From sequence record PX880103.1: a DNA stretch of 64,000 bases; one strand, 5' to 3'. The notes under the pieces were generated by a model that was given only the letters and a program-made list of their open reading frames with translations, was not told the DNA's origin and ran no database searches. Below, piece by piece: positions 48,888-64,000 of this stretch (positions are counted from its first letter, which is position 1; every line of letters starts with the position of its first letter). This DNA is from a phage. Position numbers and translations under genes: made by a program.

Positions 48888-50870
48888 ATGGCAAATACCC
48901 CTGTAAATTATCAATTAACAAGAACAGCAAATGCTATTCCCGAGATATTCGTCGGGGGTACGTTTGCTGAAATAAAGCAAAATCTCATTGAATGGCTTAA
49001 TGGCCAAAATGAATTTTTGGATTATGATTTTGAAGGCTCAAGATTAAACGTTCTGTGTGACCTTTTAGCTTATAATACGCTGTACATTCAACAGTTTGGT
49101 AATGCTGCTGTGTATGAGAGCTTTATGCGTACTGCTAACTTACGAAGTTCAGTTGTTCAAGCTGCACAAGATAACGGATATTTACCTACTTCAAAATCAG
49201 CTGCTCAAACTGAAATTATGCTAACTTGTACAGACGCGTTGAATAGAAATTACATTACAATTCCTCGTGGTACTCGCTTCTTAGCATACGCAAAGGATAC
49301 TTCTGTTAATCCATACAACTTCGTTTCTACCGAAGACGTTATTGCTATTCGTGATAAAAATAACCAATATTTTCCGCGTTTAAAATTGGCTCAGGGACGT
49401 ATAGTAAGAACTGAAATCATTTATGATAAATTAACGCCTATTATCATTTATGATAAAAATATTGATAGAAACCAGGTTAAATTATATGTTGATGGAGCGG
49501 AATGGATTAACTGGACGAGAAAGTCAATGGTTCATGCTGGTTCAACATCAACGATTTACTATATGCGTGAAACTATTGATGGAAACACTGAATTCTATTT
49601 TGGTGAAGGTGAAATTTCTGTTAATGCTTCTGAAGGAGCTTTGACCGCTAATTATATCGGAGGTCTTAAACCTACTCAGAACTCTACGATTGTTATTGAG
49701 TACATTAGTACTAATGGCGCGGATGCGAACGGAGCAGTTGGATTTTCATACGCAGATACATTAACAAATATAACTATCATCAATATTAATGAAAATCCAA
49801 ACGATGACCCAGATTTTGTTGGGGCAGATGGCGGCGGTGATCCAGAAGATATTGAGCGTATTCGCGAATTGGGTACTATTAAACGCGAAACACAACAACG
49901 ATGCGTAACTGCGACTGACTACGATACATTCGTTTCAGAGAGATTTGGTTCTATTATTCAAGCAGTTCAGACTTTCACTGATTCTACTAAACCTGGGTAT
50001 GCATTTATTGCTGCTAAACCTAAATCAGGTCTGTATCTAACTACTGTACAACGTGAAGATATTAAAAATTATCTCAAAGACTATAATTTAGCTCCTATTA
50101 CGCCATCAATTATTTCTCCTAATTATCTTTTTATTAAGACTAATTTAAAAGTCACATATGCTTTAAATAAGCTGCAAGAATCCGAACAGTGGCTTGAAGG
50201 TCAAATAATTGATAAAATTGATCGCTATTATACCGAAGATGTAGAAATTTTTAACTCGTCTTTTGCCAAGTCTAAGATGTTGACATATGTAGATGATGCA
50301 GATCATTCTATAATTGGCTCATCGGCGACAATTCAAATGGTACGTGAAGTACAAAACTTCTATAAAACGCCTGAAGCAGGTATTAAATACAATAATCAAA
50401 TAAAAGATCGTTCTATGGAATCTAATACGTTTTCATTTAATTCTGGACGAAAGGTTGTAAATCCTGATACTGGTTTAGAAGAAGATGTATTATATGGCGT
50501 TCGTATAGTATCAACAGACCGAGATTCTAAAGGAATTGGTAAAGTTATTATTGGTCCATTTGCTTCTGGCGATGTTACAGAAAATGAAAACATTCAGCCA
50601 TATACAGGCAATGATTTTAATAAATTAGCAAATTCTGATGGACGCGACAAATACTATGTTATCGGTGAAATAAATTATCCGGCTGACATGATTTATTGGA
50701 ATATCGCTAAAATTAATTTAACATCTGAAAAATTTGAGGTTCAGACTATTGAATTATATTCTGACCCAACCGATGATGTTATCTTTACTCGCGATGGTTC
50801 ACTGATTGTATTTGAAAATGACTTACGTCCACAATACTTAACTATCGATTTGGAGCCTATATCACAATGA
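48888..50870 (+). CDS. 6: baseplate wedge protein gp6
   Basis: 660 aa, MANTPVNYQLTRTANAIPEIFVGG... Confidence 0.9.
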   Translation: MANTPVNYQLTRTANAIPEIFVGGTFAEIKQNLIEWLNGQNEFLDYDFEGSRLNVLCDLLAYNTLYIQQFGNAAVYESFMRTANLRSSVVQAAQDNGYLPTSKSAAQTEIMLTCTDALNRNYITIPRGTRFLAYAKDTSVNPYNFVSTEDVIAIRDKNNQYFPRLKLAQGRIVRTEIIYDKLTPIIIYDKNIDRNQVKLYVDGAEWINWTRKSMVHAGSTSTIYYMRETIDGNTEFYFGEGEISVNASEGALTANYIGGLKPTQNSTIVIEYISTNGADANGAVGFSYADTLTNITIININENPNDDPDFVGADGGGDPEDIERIRELGTIKRETQQRCVTATDYDTFVSERFGSIIQAVQTFTDSTKPGYAFIAAKPKSGLYLTTVQREDIKNYLKDYNLAPITPSIISPNYLFIKTNLKVTYALNKLQESEQWLEGQIIDKIDRYYTEDVEIFNSSFAKSKMLTYVDDADHSIIGSSATIQMVREVQNFYKTPEAGIKYNNQIKDRSMESNTFSFNSGRKVVNPDTGLEEDVLYGVRIVSTDRDSKGIGKVIIGPFASGDVTENENIQPYTGNDFNKLANSDGRDKYYVIGEINYPADMIYWNIAKINLTSEKFEVQTIELYSDPTDDVIFTRDGSLIVFENDLRPQYLTIDLEPISQ

Positions 50871-53800
50871 CAGTAAAAGCACCTTCAGTCACTAGTCTCA
50901 GAATTTCCAAGTTATCCGCAAATCAGGTGCAAGTACGCTGGGATGACGTTGGTGCTAATTTCTACTATTTTGTAGAAATCGCTGAGACAAAAACAGACTC
51001 GGGGGAAAATCTCTCGAGCGATCAATATCGTTGGATTAATTTAGGGTATACAGCAAATAATAGTTTCTTTTTTGATGATGCTGATCCACTAACATCATAC
51101 ATCATTAGAGTAGCTACAGCTGCGCAAGATTTTGAGCAATCTGATTGGGTTTATACAGAAGAGTTTGAAACTTTTGCTACGAATGCTTACACATTTCAAA
51201 ACATGATTGAAATGCAATTAGCCAATAAATTCATTCAGGAAAAATTTACTCTTAACAATTCTAATTATGTCAATTTTAATAATGACACTATAATGGCTGC
51301 ATTGATGAATGAATCGTTCCAATTCAGCCCATCATATGTTGATGTTTCATCAATAAGTAATTTTATTATTGGTGAAAATGAGTATCATGAAATACAAGGT
51401 TCTATTCAACAAGTATGTAAGGATATTAACCGTGTTTATTTGATGGAATCAGAAGGGATTCTATATCTTTTTGAGCGCTATCAACCCGTAGTTAAAGTAT
51501 CTAATGATAAAGGACAAACCTGGAAAGCTGTAAAGCTCTTCAATGACCGTGTAGGATATCCTTTATCTAAGACAGTATATTACCAATCTGCAAACACAAC
51601 ATACGTTCTAGGATACGACAAGATTTTCTACGGCCGTAAATCTACTGATGTTAGATGGTCAGCTGATGATGTCAGATTTAGTTCACAGGATATAACATTT
51701 GCTAAACTTGGTGACCAATTGCATCTAGGATTTGATGTAGAAATTTTTGCCACTTATGCGACTTTACCGGCGAATATATATCGCATTGCAGAAGCTATTA
51801 CTTGCACCGATGATTACATTTACGTTGTCGCCAGAGACAAAGTTAGATACATAAAAACGAATAATGCACCTATAGATTCTGATCCATTATCTCCAACATA
51901 TTCGGAAAGACTTTTTGAACCTGATACCATGACTATAACTGGAAATCCCAAAGCAGTATGCTATAAAATGGATTCTATCGGTGATAAAGTTTTTGCTCTT
52001 ATTATTGGTGAAGTTGAAACATTAAATGCTAATCCGAGGACTTCAAAAATAATTGATTCCGCTGATAAAGGAATATATGTTTTAAATCATGACGAAAAAA
52101 CATGGAAAAGAGTTTTCGGTAATACCGAAGAAGAAAGAAGACGTATTCAACCCGGATATGCGAATATGTCAACTGACGGTAAATTAGTTTCTCTATCTTC
52201 GAGTAATTTTAAATTTTTAAGTGATAACATTGTTAATGACCCTGAAACTGCAGCAAAATATCAGTTAATCGGTGCTGTTAAATATGAATTTCCTCGTGAA
52301 TGGTTAGCTGATAAGCATTATCATATGATGGCATTTATAGCGGATGAAAAATCCGATTGGGAGACTTTTACTCCTCAACCAATGAAATACTACGCAGAAC
52401 CGTTCTTTAACTGGTCTAAAAAATCTAACACGCGTTGTTGGATAAACAACTCTGATAGAGCTGTTGTAGTTTATGCTGATTTAAAATACACCAAAGTTAT
52501 AGAAAATATTCCGGAAACATCACCAGATAGATTAGTTCATGAATACTGGGATGATGGTGATTGCACTATAGTAATGCCAAATGTTAAATTCACTGGATTT
52601 AAAAAATACGCATCTGGGATGCTTTTCTATAAAGCCTCCGGTGAAATAATTTCTTACTATGATTTTAACTATCGTGTTAGAGATACAGTAGAAATTATTT
52701 GGAAGCCAACTGAAGTATTTTTAAAAGCATTTTTACAAAACCAAGAGCATGAGACTCCTTGGTCACCAGAAGAAGAGCGTGGATTAGCTGACCCTGATTT
52801 AAGACCATTAATTGGCACAATGATGCCTGATTCTTATTTGTTACAGGATTCGAATTTTGAGGCATTTTGCGAAGCATATATTCAATATCTTTCTGATGGA
52901 TATGGAACTCAGTATAACAATTTACGAAATTTAATTCGTAACCAATATCCACGAGAAGAGCATGCGTGGGAATATTTGTGGTCAGAGATATATAAAAGAA
53001 ACATTTATTTAAATGCTGACAAACGCGATGCTGTTGCAAGATTTTTTGAATCACGTAGCTATGATTTTTATTCTACTAAAGGAATTGAAGCATCATACAA
53101 GTTTCTTTTTAAAGTTCTTTATAATGAAGAAGTTGAAATTGAAATTGAATCTGGGGCTGGTACTGAATATGACATAATCGTTCAATCTGATTCTTTGACT
53201 GAAGACTTAGTAGGACAAACGATTTATACGGCAACAGGAAGATGTAATGTTACTTATATAGAAAGAAGCTATTCTAACGGTAAATTGCAATGGACCGTAA
53301 CTATTCATAATCTTTTGGGAAGATTAATTGCTGGCCAAGAAGTTAAAGCAGAAAGACTTCCTAGTTTTGAAGGCGAAATTATTCGTGGGGTTAAAGGAAA
53401 GGATTTGCTTCAAAACAATATAGACTATATTAATAGAAGTAGATCATACTATGTAATGAAAATTAAATCCAATTTACCTTCTTCTCGTTGGAAATCTGAC
53501 GTTATTCGTTTTGTTCATCCAGTAGGATTTGGATTTATAGCAATTACTCTTTTAACGATGTTTATTAATGTTGGTTTAACTCTTAAACATACAGAGACTA
53601 TAATTAATAAATACAAAAACTATAAATGGGATTCTGGATTGCCTACTGAATATGCCGATAGAGTAGCTAAATTGACTCCAACTGGTGAAATTGAGCATGA
53701 TTCAGTAACAGGCGAAGCAATTTATGAGCCTGGCCCAATGGCTGGTGTAAAATATCCTCTTCCTGATGACTATAATGCTGAAAATAATAATTCAATATTT

Positions 53801-53965
53801 CAAGGTCAATTGCCGTCTGAGCGACGTAAATTAATGAGTCCTTTATTTGATGCATCTGGAACAACATTTGCGCAATTTAGGGATTTAGTTAATAAACGTC
53901 TAAAAGATAATATAGGAAATCCAAGAGACCCTGAAAATCCAACACAGGTTAAAATAGATGAATGA
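50867..53965 (+). CDS. 7: baseplate wedge protein gp7
   Basis: 1032 aa, MTVKAPSVTSLRISKLSANQVQVRWDDV... Confidence 0.9.
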   Translation: MTVKAPSVTSLRISKLSANQVQVRWDDVGANFYYFVEIAETKTDSGENLSSDQYRWINLGYTANNSFFFDDADPLTSYIIRVATAAQDFEQSDWVYTEEFETFATNAYTFQNMIEMQLANKFIQEKFTLNNSNYVNFNNDTIMAALMNESFQFSPSYVDVSSISNFIIGENEYHEIQGSIQQVCKDINRVYLMESEGILYLFERYQPVVKVSNDKGQTWKAVKLFNDRVGYPLSKTVYYQSANTTYVLGYDKIFYGRKSTDVRWSADDVRFSSQDITFAKLGDQLHLGFDVEIFATYATLPANIYRIAEAITCTDDYIYVVARDKVRYIKTNNAPIDSDPLSPTYSERLFEPDTMTITGNPKAVCYKMDSIGDKVFALIIGEVETLNANPRTSKIIDSADKGIYVLNHDEKTWKRVFGNTEEERRRIQPGYANMSTDGKLVSLSSSNFKFLSDNIVNDPETAAKYQLIGAVKYEFPREWLADKHYHMMAFIADEKSDWETFTPQPMKYYAEPFFNWSKKSNTRCWINNSDRAVVVYADLKYTKVIENIPETSPDRLVHEYWDDGDCTIVMPNVKFTGFKKYASGMLFYKASGEIISYYDFNYRVRDTVEIIWKPTEVFLKAFLQNQEHETPWSPEEERGLADPDLRPLIGTMMPDSYLLQDSNFEAFCEAYIQYLSDGYGTQYNNLRNLIRNQYPREEHAWEYLWSEIYKRNIYLNADKRDAVARFFESRSYDFYSTKGIEASYKFLFKVLYNEEVEIEIESGAGTEYDIIVQSDSLTEDLVGQTIYTATGRCNVTYIERSYSNGKLQWTVTIHNLLGRLIAGQEVKAERLPSFEGEIIRGVKGKDLLQNNIDYINRSRSYYVMKIKSNLPSSRWKSDVIRFVHPVGFGFIAITLLTMFINVGLTLKHTETIINKYKNYKWDSGLPTEYADRVAKLTPTGEIEHDSVTGEAIYEPGPMAGVKYPLPDDYNAENNNSIFQGQLPSERRKLMSPLFDASGTTFAQFRDLVNKRLKDNIGNPRDPENPTQVKIDE

Positions 53966-54962
53966 TTCAAGTGTTATCTATCGTGCGATAGTTACTTCAA
54001 AATTTAGAACAGAAAAAATGTTGAATTTTTATAATTCAATTGGAAGTGGTCCGGATAAAAACACTATCTTTATCACATTTGGAAGATCAGAACCGTGGTC
54101 ATCAAATGAAAATGAGGTGGGCTTTGCCCCACCTTATCCAACCGATTCTGTATTAGGCGTAACTGACATGTGGACGCATATGATGGGAACAGTAAAAGTT
54201 CTTCCATCAATGCTTGATGCAGTTATTCCTCGTAGAGATTGGGGAGATACTCGACATCCTGACCCATACACATTTAGAATTAATGACATTGTAGTATGTA
54301 ACTCAGCTCCTTACAACGCTACTGAATCCGGCGCAGGCTGGTTAGTATATCGTTGTTTAGACGTTCCTGATACTGGAATGTGCTCAATAGCATCTTTAAC
54401 TGATAAGGATGAATGCCTTAAATTAGGCGGAAAATGGACACCTTCTGTTAGATCAATAACTCCTCCTGAAGGTCGAGGAGATGCTGAAGGAACAATTGAA
54501 CCCGGAGACGGGTATGTGTGGGAATATCTATTTGAGATTCCGCCTGATGTATCTATAAATAGATGCACGAATGAATATATCGTGGTTCCTTGGCCTGAGG
54601 AATTAAAAGAAGACCCGACTAGATGGGGGTATGAAGATAATCTCACTTGGCAACAAGATGATTTTGGATTAATTTACCGTGTTAAGGCAAATACTATCCG
54701 TTTTAAAGCATATTTAGATTCAGTTTATTTTCCTGAAGCTGCATTGCCAGGAAATAAAGGATTTAGACAAATATCAATAATCACGAATCCTCTTGAAGCT
54801 AAAGCTCATCCAAATGACCCAAACGTTAAAGCTGAAAAGGATTATTATGACCCGGAAGATTTAATGAGGCATTCGGGTGAAATGATTTATATGGAAAATA
54901 GGCCACCTATTATTATGGCAATGGATCAAACAGAAGAAATCAATATTCTGTTTACATTTTAA
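53958..54962 (+). CDS. 8: baseplate wedge protein gp8
   Basis: 334 aa. Confidence 0.9.
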   Translation: MNDSSVIYRAIVTSKFRTEKMLNFYNSIGSGPDKNTIFITFGRSEPWSSNENEVGFAPPYPTDSVLGVTDMWTHMMGTVKVLPSMLDAVIPRRDWGDTRHPDPYTFRINDIVVCNSAPYNATESGAGWLVYRCLDVPDTGMCSIASLTDKDECLKLGGKWTPSVRSITPPEGRGDAEGTIEPGDGYVWEYLFEIPPDVSINRCTNEYIVVPWPEELKEDPTRWGYEDNLTWQQDDFGLIYRVKANTIRFKAYLDSVYFPEAALPGNKGFRQISIITNPLEAKAHPNDPNVKAEKDYYDPEDLMRHSGEMIYMENRPPIIMAMDQTEEINILFTF

Positions 54963-54967
54963 ATTAA

Positions 54968-54990
54968 GGGAGCCCATGGGCTCCCTTTTT
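54968..54990 (+). terminator. rho-independent terminator after gene 8
   Basis: Palindrome GGGAGCCCATGGGCTCCC followed by TTTTTC. Confidence 0.6.
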
Positions 54991-54993
54991 CTT

Positions 54994-55001
54994 TATAAAT
55001 A
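54994..55001 (+). promoter_or_regulatory. late promoter -10 box for gene 9
   Basis: TATAAATA about 25 nt upstream of gene 9 ATG. Confidence 0.6.
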
Positions 55002-55025
55002 CTATAAACTCATAAGGAAACCGCT

Positions 55026-55892
55026 ATGTTCATTCAAGAACCAAAGAAATTGATTGATACCGGCGAAATTGGTAACGCTTCTACTGGTGATATCTTATTC
55101 GACGGTGGTAATAAAATTAATAGTGATTTTAACGCAATTTATAATGCGTTTGGCGATCAGCGTAAAATGGCAGTAGCAAATGGCACTGGAGCAGATGGTC
55201 AAATTATCCATGCTACTGGATATTATCAAAAACACTCTATTACAGAGTACGCAACTCCAGTGAAAGTTGGCACTAGACATGATATTGATACCTCTACTGT
55301 AGGTGTTAAAGTTATCATTGAAAGAGGCGAACTCGGCGATTGTGTTGAATTCATTAACTCTAATGGATCAATATCAGTTACTAATCCTTTGACAATTCAA
55401 GCTATTGATTCAATTAAAGGTGTTTCAGGTAATTTAGTAGTAACTAGCCCATATAGTAAAGTTACTTTACGCTGTATTTCATCTGATAATTCTACGTCGG
55501 TTTGGAATTATTCTATTGAAAGTATGTTTGGACAAAAGGAATCACCAGCTGAAGGTACATGGAATATTTCTACATCCGGATCAGTTGATATTCCACTATT
55601 TCATCGCACTGAATATAATATGGCTAAATTGCTAGTTACGTGTCAATCGGTAGATGGAAGAAAAATTAAAACAGCAGAAATAAATATTCTTGTGGATACT
55701 GTTAATTCAGAGGTAATTTCTTCTGAATATGCTGTCATGCGAGTTGGGAATGAAACCGAAGAAGACGAAATCGCTAATATTGCATTTAGTATTAAAGAAA
55801 ATTATGTAACGGCGACTATAAGTTCTTCAACTGTCGGTATGAGAGCAGCAGTTAAAGTTATCGCTACGCAGAAAATCGGGGTGGCTCAATAA
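55026..55892 (+). CDS. 9: baseplate protein gp9 (long tail fiber socket)
   Basis: 288 aa; late promoter and hairpin upstream. Confidence 0.9.
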   Translation: MFIQEPKKLIDTGEIGNASTGDILFDGGNKINSDFNAIYNAFGDQRKMAVANGTGADGQIIHATGYYQKHSITEYATPVKVGTRHDIDTSTVGVKVIIERGELGDCVEFINSNGSISVTNPLTIQAIDSIKGVSGNLVVTSPYSKVTLRCISSDNSTSVWNYSIESMFGQKESPAEGTWNISTSGSVDIPLFHRTEYNMAKLLVTCQSVDGRKIKTAEINILVDTVNSEVISSEYAVMRVGNETEEDEIANIAFSIKENYVTATISSSTVGMRAAVKVIATQKIGVAQ

Positions 55893-57700
55893 TGAAACAA
55901 AATATTAATATCGGTAATGTTGTAGATGATGGTACCGGTGACTACCTGCGTAAAGGTGGTATAAAAATAAATGAAAACTTTGATGAGCTTTATTATGAAC
56001 TTGGTGATGGTGATGTTCCATATTCAGCCGGTGCCTGGAAAACTTATAATGCTTCATCAGGACAAACATTAACAGCAGAATGGGGAAAATCATACGCTAT
56101 TAATACATCTTCTGGAAGAGTGACTATAAATCTTCCAAAGGGTACAGTTAATGATTACAACAAGGTAATTAGAGCCAGAGACGTATTTGCTACATGGAAC
56201 GTTAATCCAGTTACACTAGTAGCTGCTTCCGGCGATACGATTAAAGGGTCTGCAGTACCAGTTGAAATTAATGTTCAATTCAGCGATTTAGAACTAGTGT
56301 ATTGTGCCCCAGGACGTTGGGAATATGTCAAAAATAAACAAATTGACAAAATTACCAGTTCAGACATTAGTAATGTAGCTCGTAAAGAATTTTTAGTTGA
56401 AGTTCAAGGACAAACGGACTTTTTAGATGTTTTCCGTGGAACTAGTTATAATGTAAACAACATCAGAGTAAAACACCGCGGTAACGAATTGTATTACGGT
56501 GATGTATTTAGCGAAAACAGCGATTTTGGCTCTCCGGGCGAAAATGAAGGAGAACTAGTTCCTCTTGATGGATTTAATATTCGATTAAGACAGCCTTGTA
56601 ATATTGGTGACACTGTTCAAATTGAAACATTTATGGATGGTGTATCACAGTGGAGAAGTTCATATACAAGACGTCAAATTAGATTGTTAGATTCAAAATT
56701 AACGTCAAAAACTTCTTTAGAAGGAAGCATTTACGTTACTGATTTATCAACAATGAAATCAATTCCATTTTCTGCTTTTGGATTAATTCCAGGAGAACCT
56801 ATTAATCCTAACTCTCTTGAGGTTCGTTTTAACGGGATTTTGCAGGAATTGGCTGGCACAGTTGGAATGCCATTATTTCATTGTGTTGGTGCCGATTCAG
56901 ACGATGAAGTAGAATGCTCTGTTTTAGGTGGAACTTGGGAACAATCTCATACCGATTATTCAGTTGAAACTGATGAAAACGGCATACCGGAAATTTTACA
57001 TTTCGATAGAGTATTTGAGCATGGTGACATTATCAATATCACATGGTTTAATAATGATTTGGGTACATTATTAACAAAAGATGAGATTATTGATGAAACT
57101 GATAATCTTTATGTATCGCAAGGACCGGGAGTAGATATTTCTGGTGATGTAAATTTAACAGACTTCGATAAAATTGGTTGGCCAAATGTAGAAGCAGTTC
57201 AATCTTATCAACGCGAATTTAATGCTGTTTCAAATATCTTTGATACGATTTATCCTATTGGAACTATATATGAAAACGCTGTTAATCCAAACAACCCTGT
57301 TACATATATGGGATTCGGCTCATGGAAATTATTTGGGCAAGGAAAAGTTTTAGTTGGATGGAATGAAGATATTTCGGACCCTAACTTTGCTCTAAATAAC
57401 AACGATTTAGATTCCGGTGGAAATCCTTCGCATACTGCAGGTGGAACAGGTGGTTCTACTTCTGTTACATTGGAAAATGCTAATCTTCCTGCAACTGAAA
57501 CAGATGAAGAAGTTCTAATAGTTGATGAAAATGGATCAGTCATTGTTGGTGGATGTCAATACGATCCAGATGAATCCGGTCCAATTTACACTAAATACCG
57601 TGAAGCTAAAGCATCTACTAACTCTACTCACACTCCGCCAACATCAATAACTAACATTCAACCATATATTACAGTTTATCGTTGGATAAGGATTGCATAA
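55892..57700 (+). CDS. 10: baseplate wedge protein gp10
   Basis: 602 aa. Confidence 0.9.
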   Translation: MKQNINIGNVVDDGTGDYLRKGGIKINENFDELYYELGDGDVPYSAGAWKTYNASSGQTLTAEWGKSYAINTSSGRVTINLPKGTVNDYNKVIRARDVFATWNVNPVTLVAASGDTIKGSAVPVEINVQFSDLELVYCAPGRWEYVKNKQIDKITSSDISNVARKEFLVEVQGQTDFLDVFRGTSYNVNNIRVKHRGNELYYGDVFSENSDFGSPGENEGELVPLDGFNIRLRQPCNIGDTVQIETFMDGVSQWRSSYTRRQIRLLDSKLTSKTSLEGSIYVTDLSTMKSIPFSAFGLIPGEPINPNSLEVRFNGILQELAGTVGMPLFHCVGADSDDEVECSVLGGTWEQSHTDYSVETDENGIPEILHFDRVFEHGDIINITWFNNDLGTLLTKDEIIDETDNLYVSQGPGVDISGDVNLTDFDKIGWPNVEAVQSYQREFNAVSNIFDTIYPIGTIYENAVNPNNPVTYMGFGSWKLFGQGKVLVGWNEDISDPNFALNNNDLDSGGNPSHTAGGTGGSTSVTLENANLPATETDEEVLIVDENGSVIVGGCQYDPDESGPIYTKYREAKASTNSTHTPPTSITNIQPYITVYRWIRIA

Positions 57701-58355
57701 TGAGTTTACTTAATAATAAAGCGGGAGTTATTTCCCGCTTAGCCGATTTTCTTGGTTTTAGACCTAAAGCTGGTAATATAGATGTAATGAATCATCAATC
57801 AGTTGGGTCAGTGACAATTTCTCAATTAGCGAAAGGATTTTATGAACCAAACGTAGAATCAGCTATTAATGACGTTCATAATTTTTCTATAAAAGACGTT
57901 GGTACAATTATTACTAATAAAACTGGTGTTTCTCCTGAGGGTGTTTCTCAAACTGATTATTGGGCATTTTCTGGAACTGTAACAGACGATTCTCTTCCTC
58001 CGGGTTCTCCTGTTACGGTATTAGTATTTGGTCTTCCAGTTTCAGCAACTACTGGAATGACGGCAATTGAGTTTGTTGCAAAAGTTCGTGTTGCCCTTCA
58101 AGAAGCTATTGCGTCATTTACTGCTATCAACTCATATAAAGACCATCCAACAGATGGTAGTAAATTAGAAGTTACTTATTTAGATAATCAAAAACATGTA
58201 TTAAGCACATATTCTACATATGGAATAACTATTTCGCAGGAAATTATTTCTGAGTCTAAACCTGGCTACGGTACATGGAATTTATTGGGCGCACAAACAG
58301 TAACTTTAGATAATCAGCAGACTCCTACAGTATTTTATCATTTTGAGAGAATAGC

Positions 58356-58359
<4 letters not shown>
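57700..58359 (+). CDS. 11: baseplate wedge protein gp11
   Basis: 219 aa from ATG overlapping gp10 stop (TAATG); [23 protein letters not shown]... Confidence 0.85.
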
Positions 58360-61399
<3,040 letters not shown>

Positions 61400-61401
61400 C
61401 A

Positions 61402-61417
61402 TGGGGCCGCAAGGCCC
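61402..61417 (+). terminator. stem-loop after wac (GNRA-type loop)
   Basis: GGGGCC-GCAA-GGCCCC immediately after fibritin stop; no strong T run. Confidence 0.4.
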
Positions 61418-61430
61418 CAAAGGATTTTAA

Positions 61431-63132
<1,702 letters not shown>

Positions 63133-63173
63133 TAAATATTATAAACTAATTAAAGCCCAGATTAGGAGAAATC

Positions 63174-63992
63174 ATGTTTGGTTATTTTTATAATTCGTCT
63201 TTTAGACGATATGCTACCTTGATGGGCGATTTGTTTTCAAATATCCAAATCAAACGTCAGTTAGAATCTGGTGATAAGTTTATACGTGTTCCTATTACGT
63301 ATGCATCAAAGGAACACTTCATGATGAAATTAAATAAATGGACATCAATAAATTCACAAGAAGATGTAGCTAAAGTTGAAACTATTCTACCTCGTATAAA
63401 TTTACATTTAGTTGATTTTAGCTATAATGCTCCATTTAAAACAAACATTTTAAATCAGAATTTACTACAAAAAGGCGCAACTTCTGTAGTATCGCAGTAT
63501 AATCCATCTCCTATTAAAATGATTTATGAATTGAGTATCTTTACTCGCTACGAAGATGATATGTTTCAAATAGTTGAACAGATTCTTCCATATTTTCAAC
63601 CTCATTTTAATACAACTATGTACGAACAGTTCGGAAATGATATTCCATTTAAAAGGGATATCAAAATTGTATTAATGTCTGCTGCTATAGACGAAGCTAT
63701 AGATGGGGATAATTTATCTCGTCGTAGAATTGAATGGTCATTAACATTTGAAGTAAATGGATGGATGTATCCTCCAGTAGATGATGCAGAAGGATTAATT
63801 CGTACTACTTATACAGATTTTCATTCTAATACAAGAGATTTGCCTGATGGCGAAGGCGTTTTTGAATCTGTCGATAGCGAAGTTGTTCCTCGAGATATTG
63901 ACCCAGAAGACTGGGATGGAACAGTAAAACAAACTTTCACTAGTAATGTAAATAGACCAACACCGCCAGAACCTCCTGGCCCAAGAACATAG
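63174..63992 (+). CDS. 15: tail sheath stabilizer/terminator gp15
   Basis: 272 aa. Confidence 0.85.
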   Translation: MFGYFYNSSFRRYATLMGDLFSNIQIKRQLESGDKFIRVPITYASKEHFMMKLNKWTSINSQEDVAKVETILPRINLHLVDFSYNAPFKTNILNQNLLQKGATSVVSQYNPSPIKMIYELSIFTRYEDDMFQIVEQILPYFQPHFNTTMYEQFGNDIPFKRDIKIVLMSAAIDEAIDGDNLSRRRIEWSLTFEVNGWMYPPVDDAEGLIRTTYTDFHSNTRDLPDGEGVFESVDSEVVPRDIDPEDWDGTVKQTFTSNVNRPTPPEPPGPRT

Positions 63993-64000
63993 AGGTTATT

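Noticed and set aside
52695-53867. Minus-strand ORFs 52695-53054 and 53667-53867 inside gene 7
   Set aside because: Nested antisense in a well-supported 1032-aa structural gene.

Overview
This window is a T4-like (T-even, Tevenvirinae-type) Escherichia phage genome segment, AT-rich and densely coding, running from gene 62 to gene 15. Coordinates 1-45.7 kb are a leftward (minus-strand) early/middle block: clamp loader and clamp (62/44/45), rpbA, recombination nuclease 46/47, alpha-glucosyltransferase, late sigma factor gp55, anaerobic ribonucleotide reductase nrdD/nrdG plus nrdH and nrdC, endonuclease VII, a long run of small nrdC.x-like ORFs, rI, tk, vs, regB, a GrcA-like gene, internal proteins, lysozyme e, nudE, an 8-tRNA cluster, the ipI locus, 57B/57A and genes 1, 3, 2, 4. 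Coordinates 45.7-64 kb are the rightward late baseplate/tail-fiber operon (53, 5, 5.1, 5.4, 6-12, wac, 13-15). Identifications rest on recalled T4 protein sequences and lengths and on motifs read directly from the translations; no database search was possible. The ORF track uses GTG/TTG as well as ATG starts, so several starts were moved to internal ATGs. I did not find one clear-cut new system. What differs from T4 as I recall it, and is most worth a second look, is two free-standing HNH endonuclease genes, an intron-less nrdD, a different tRNA set, extra capsid-targeting-sequence proteins, a nucleotidyltransferase/ATPase pair, a macro-domain protein and a P-loop NTPase where denV would sit.
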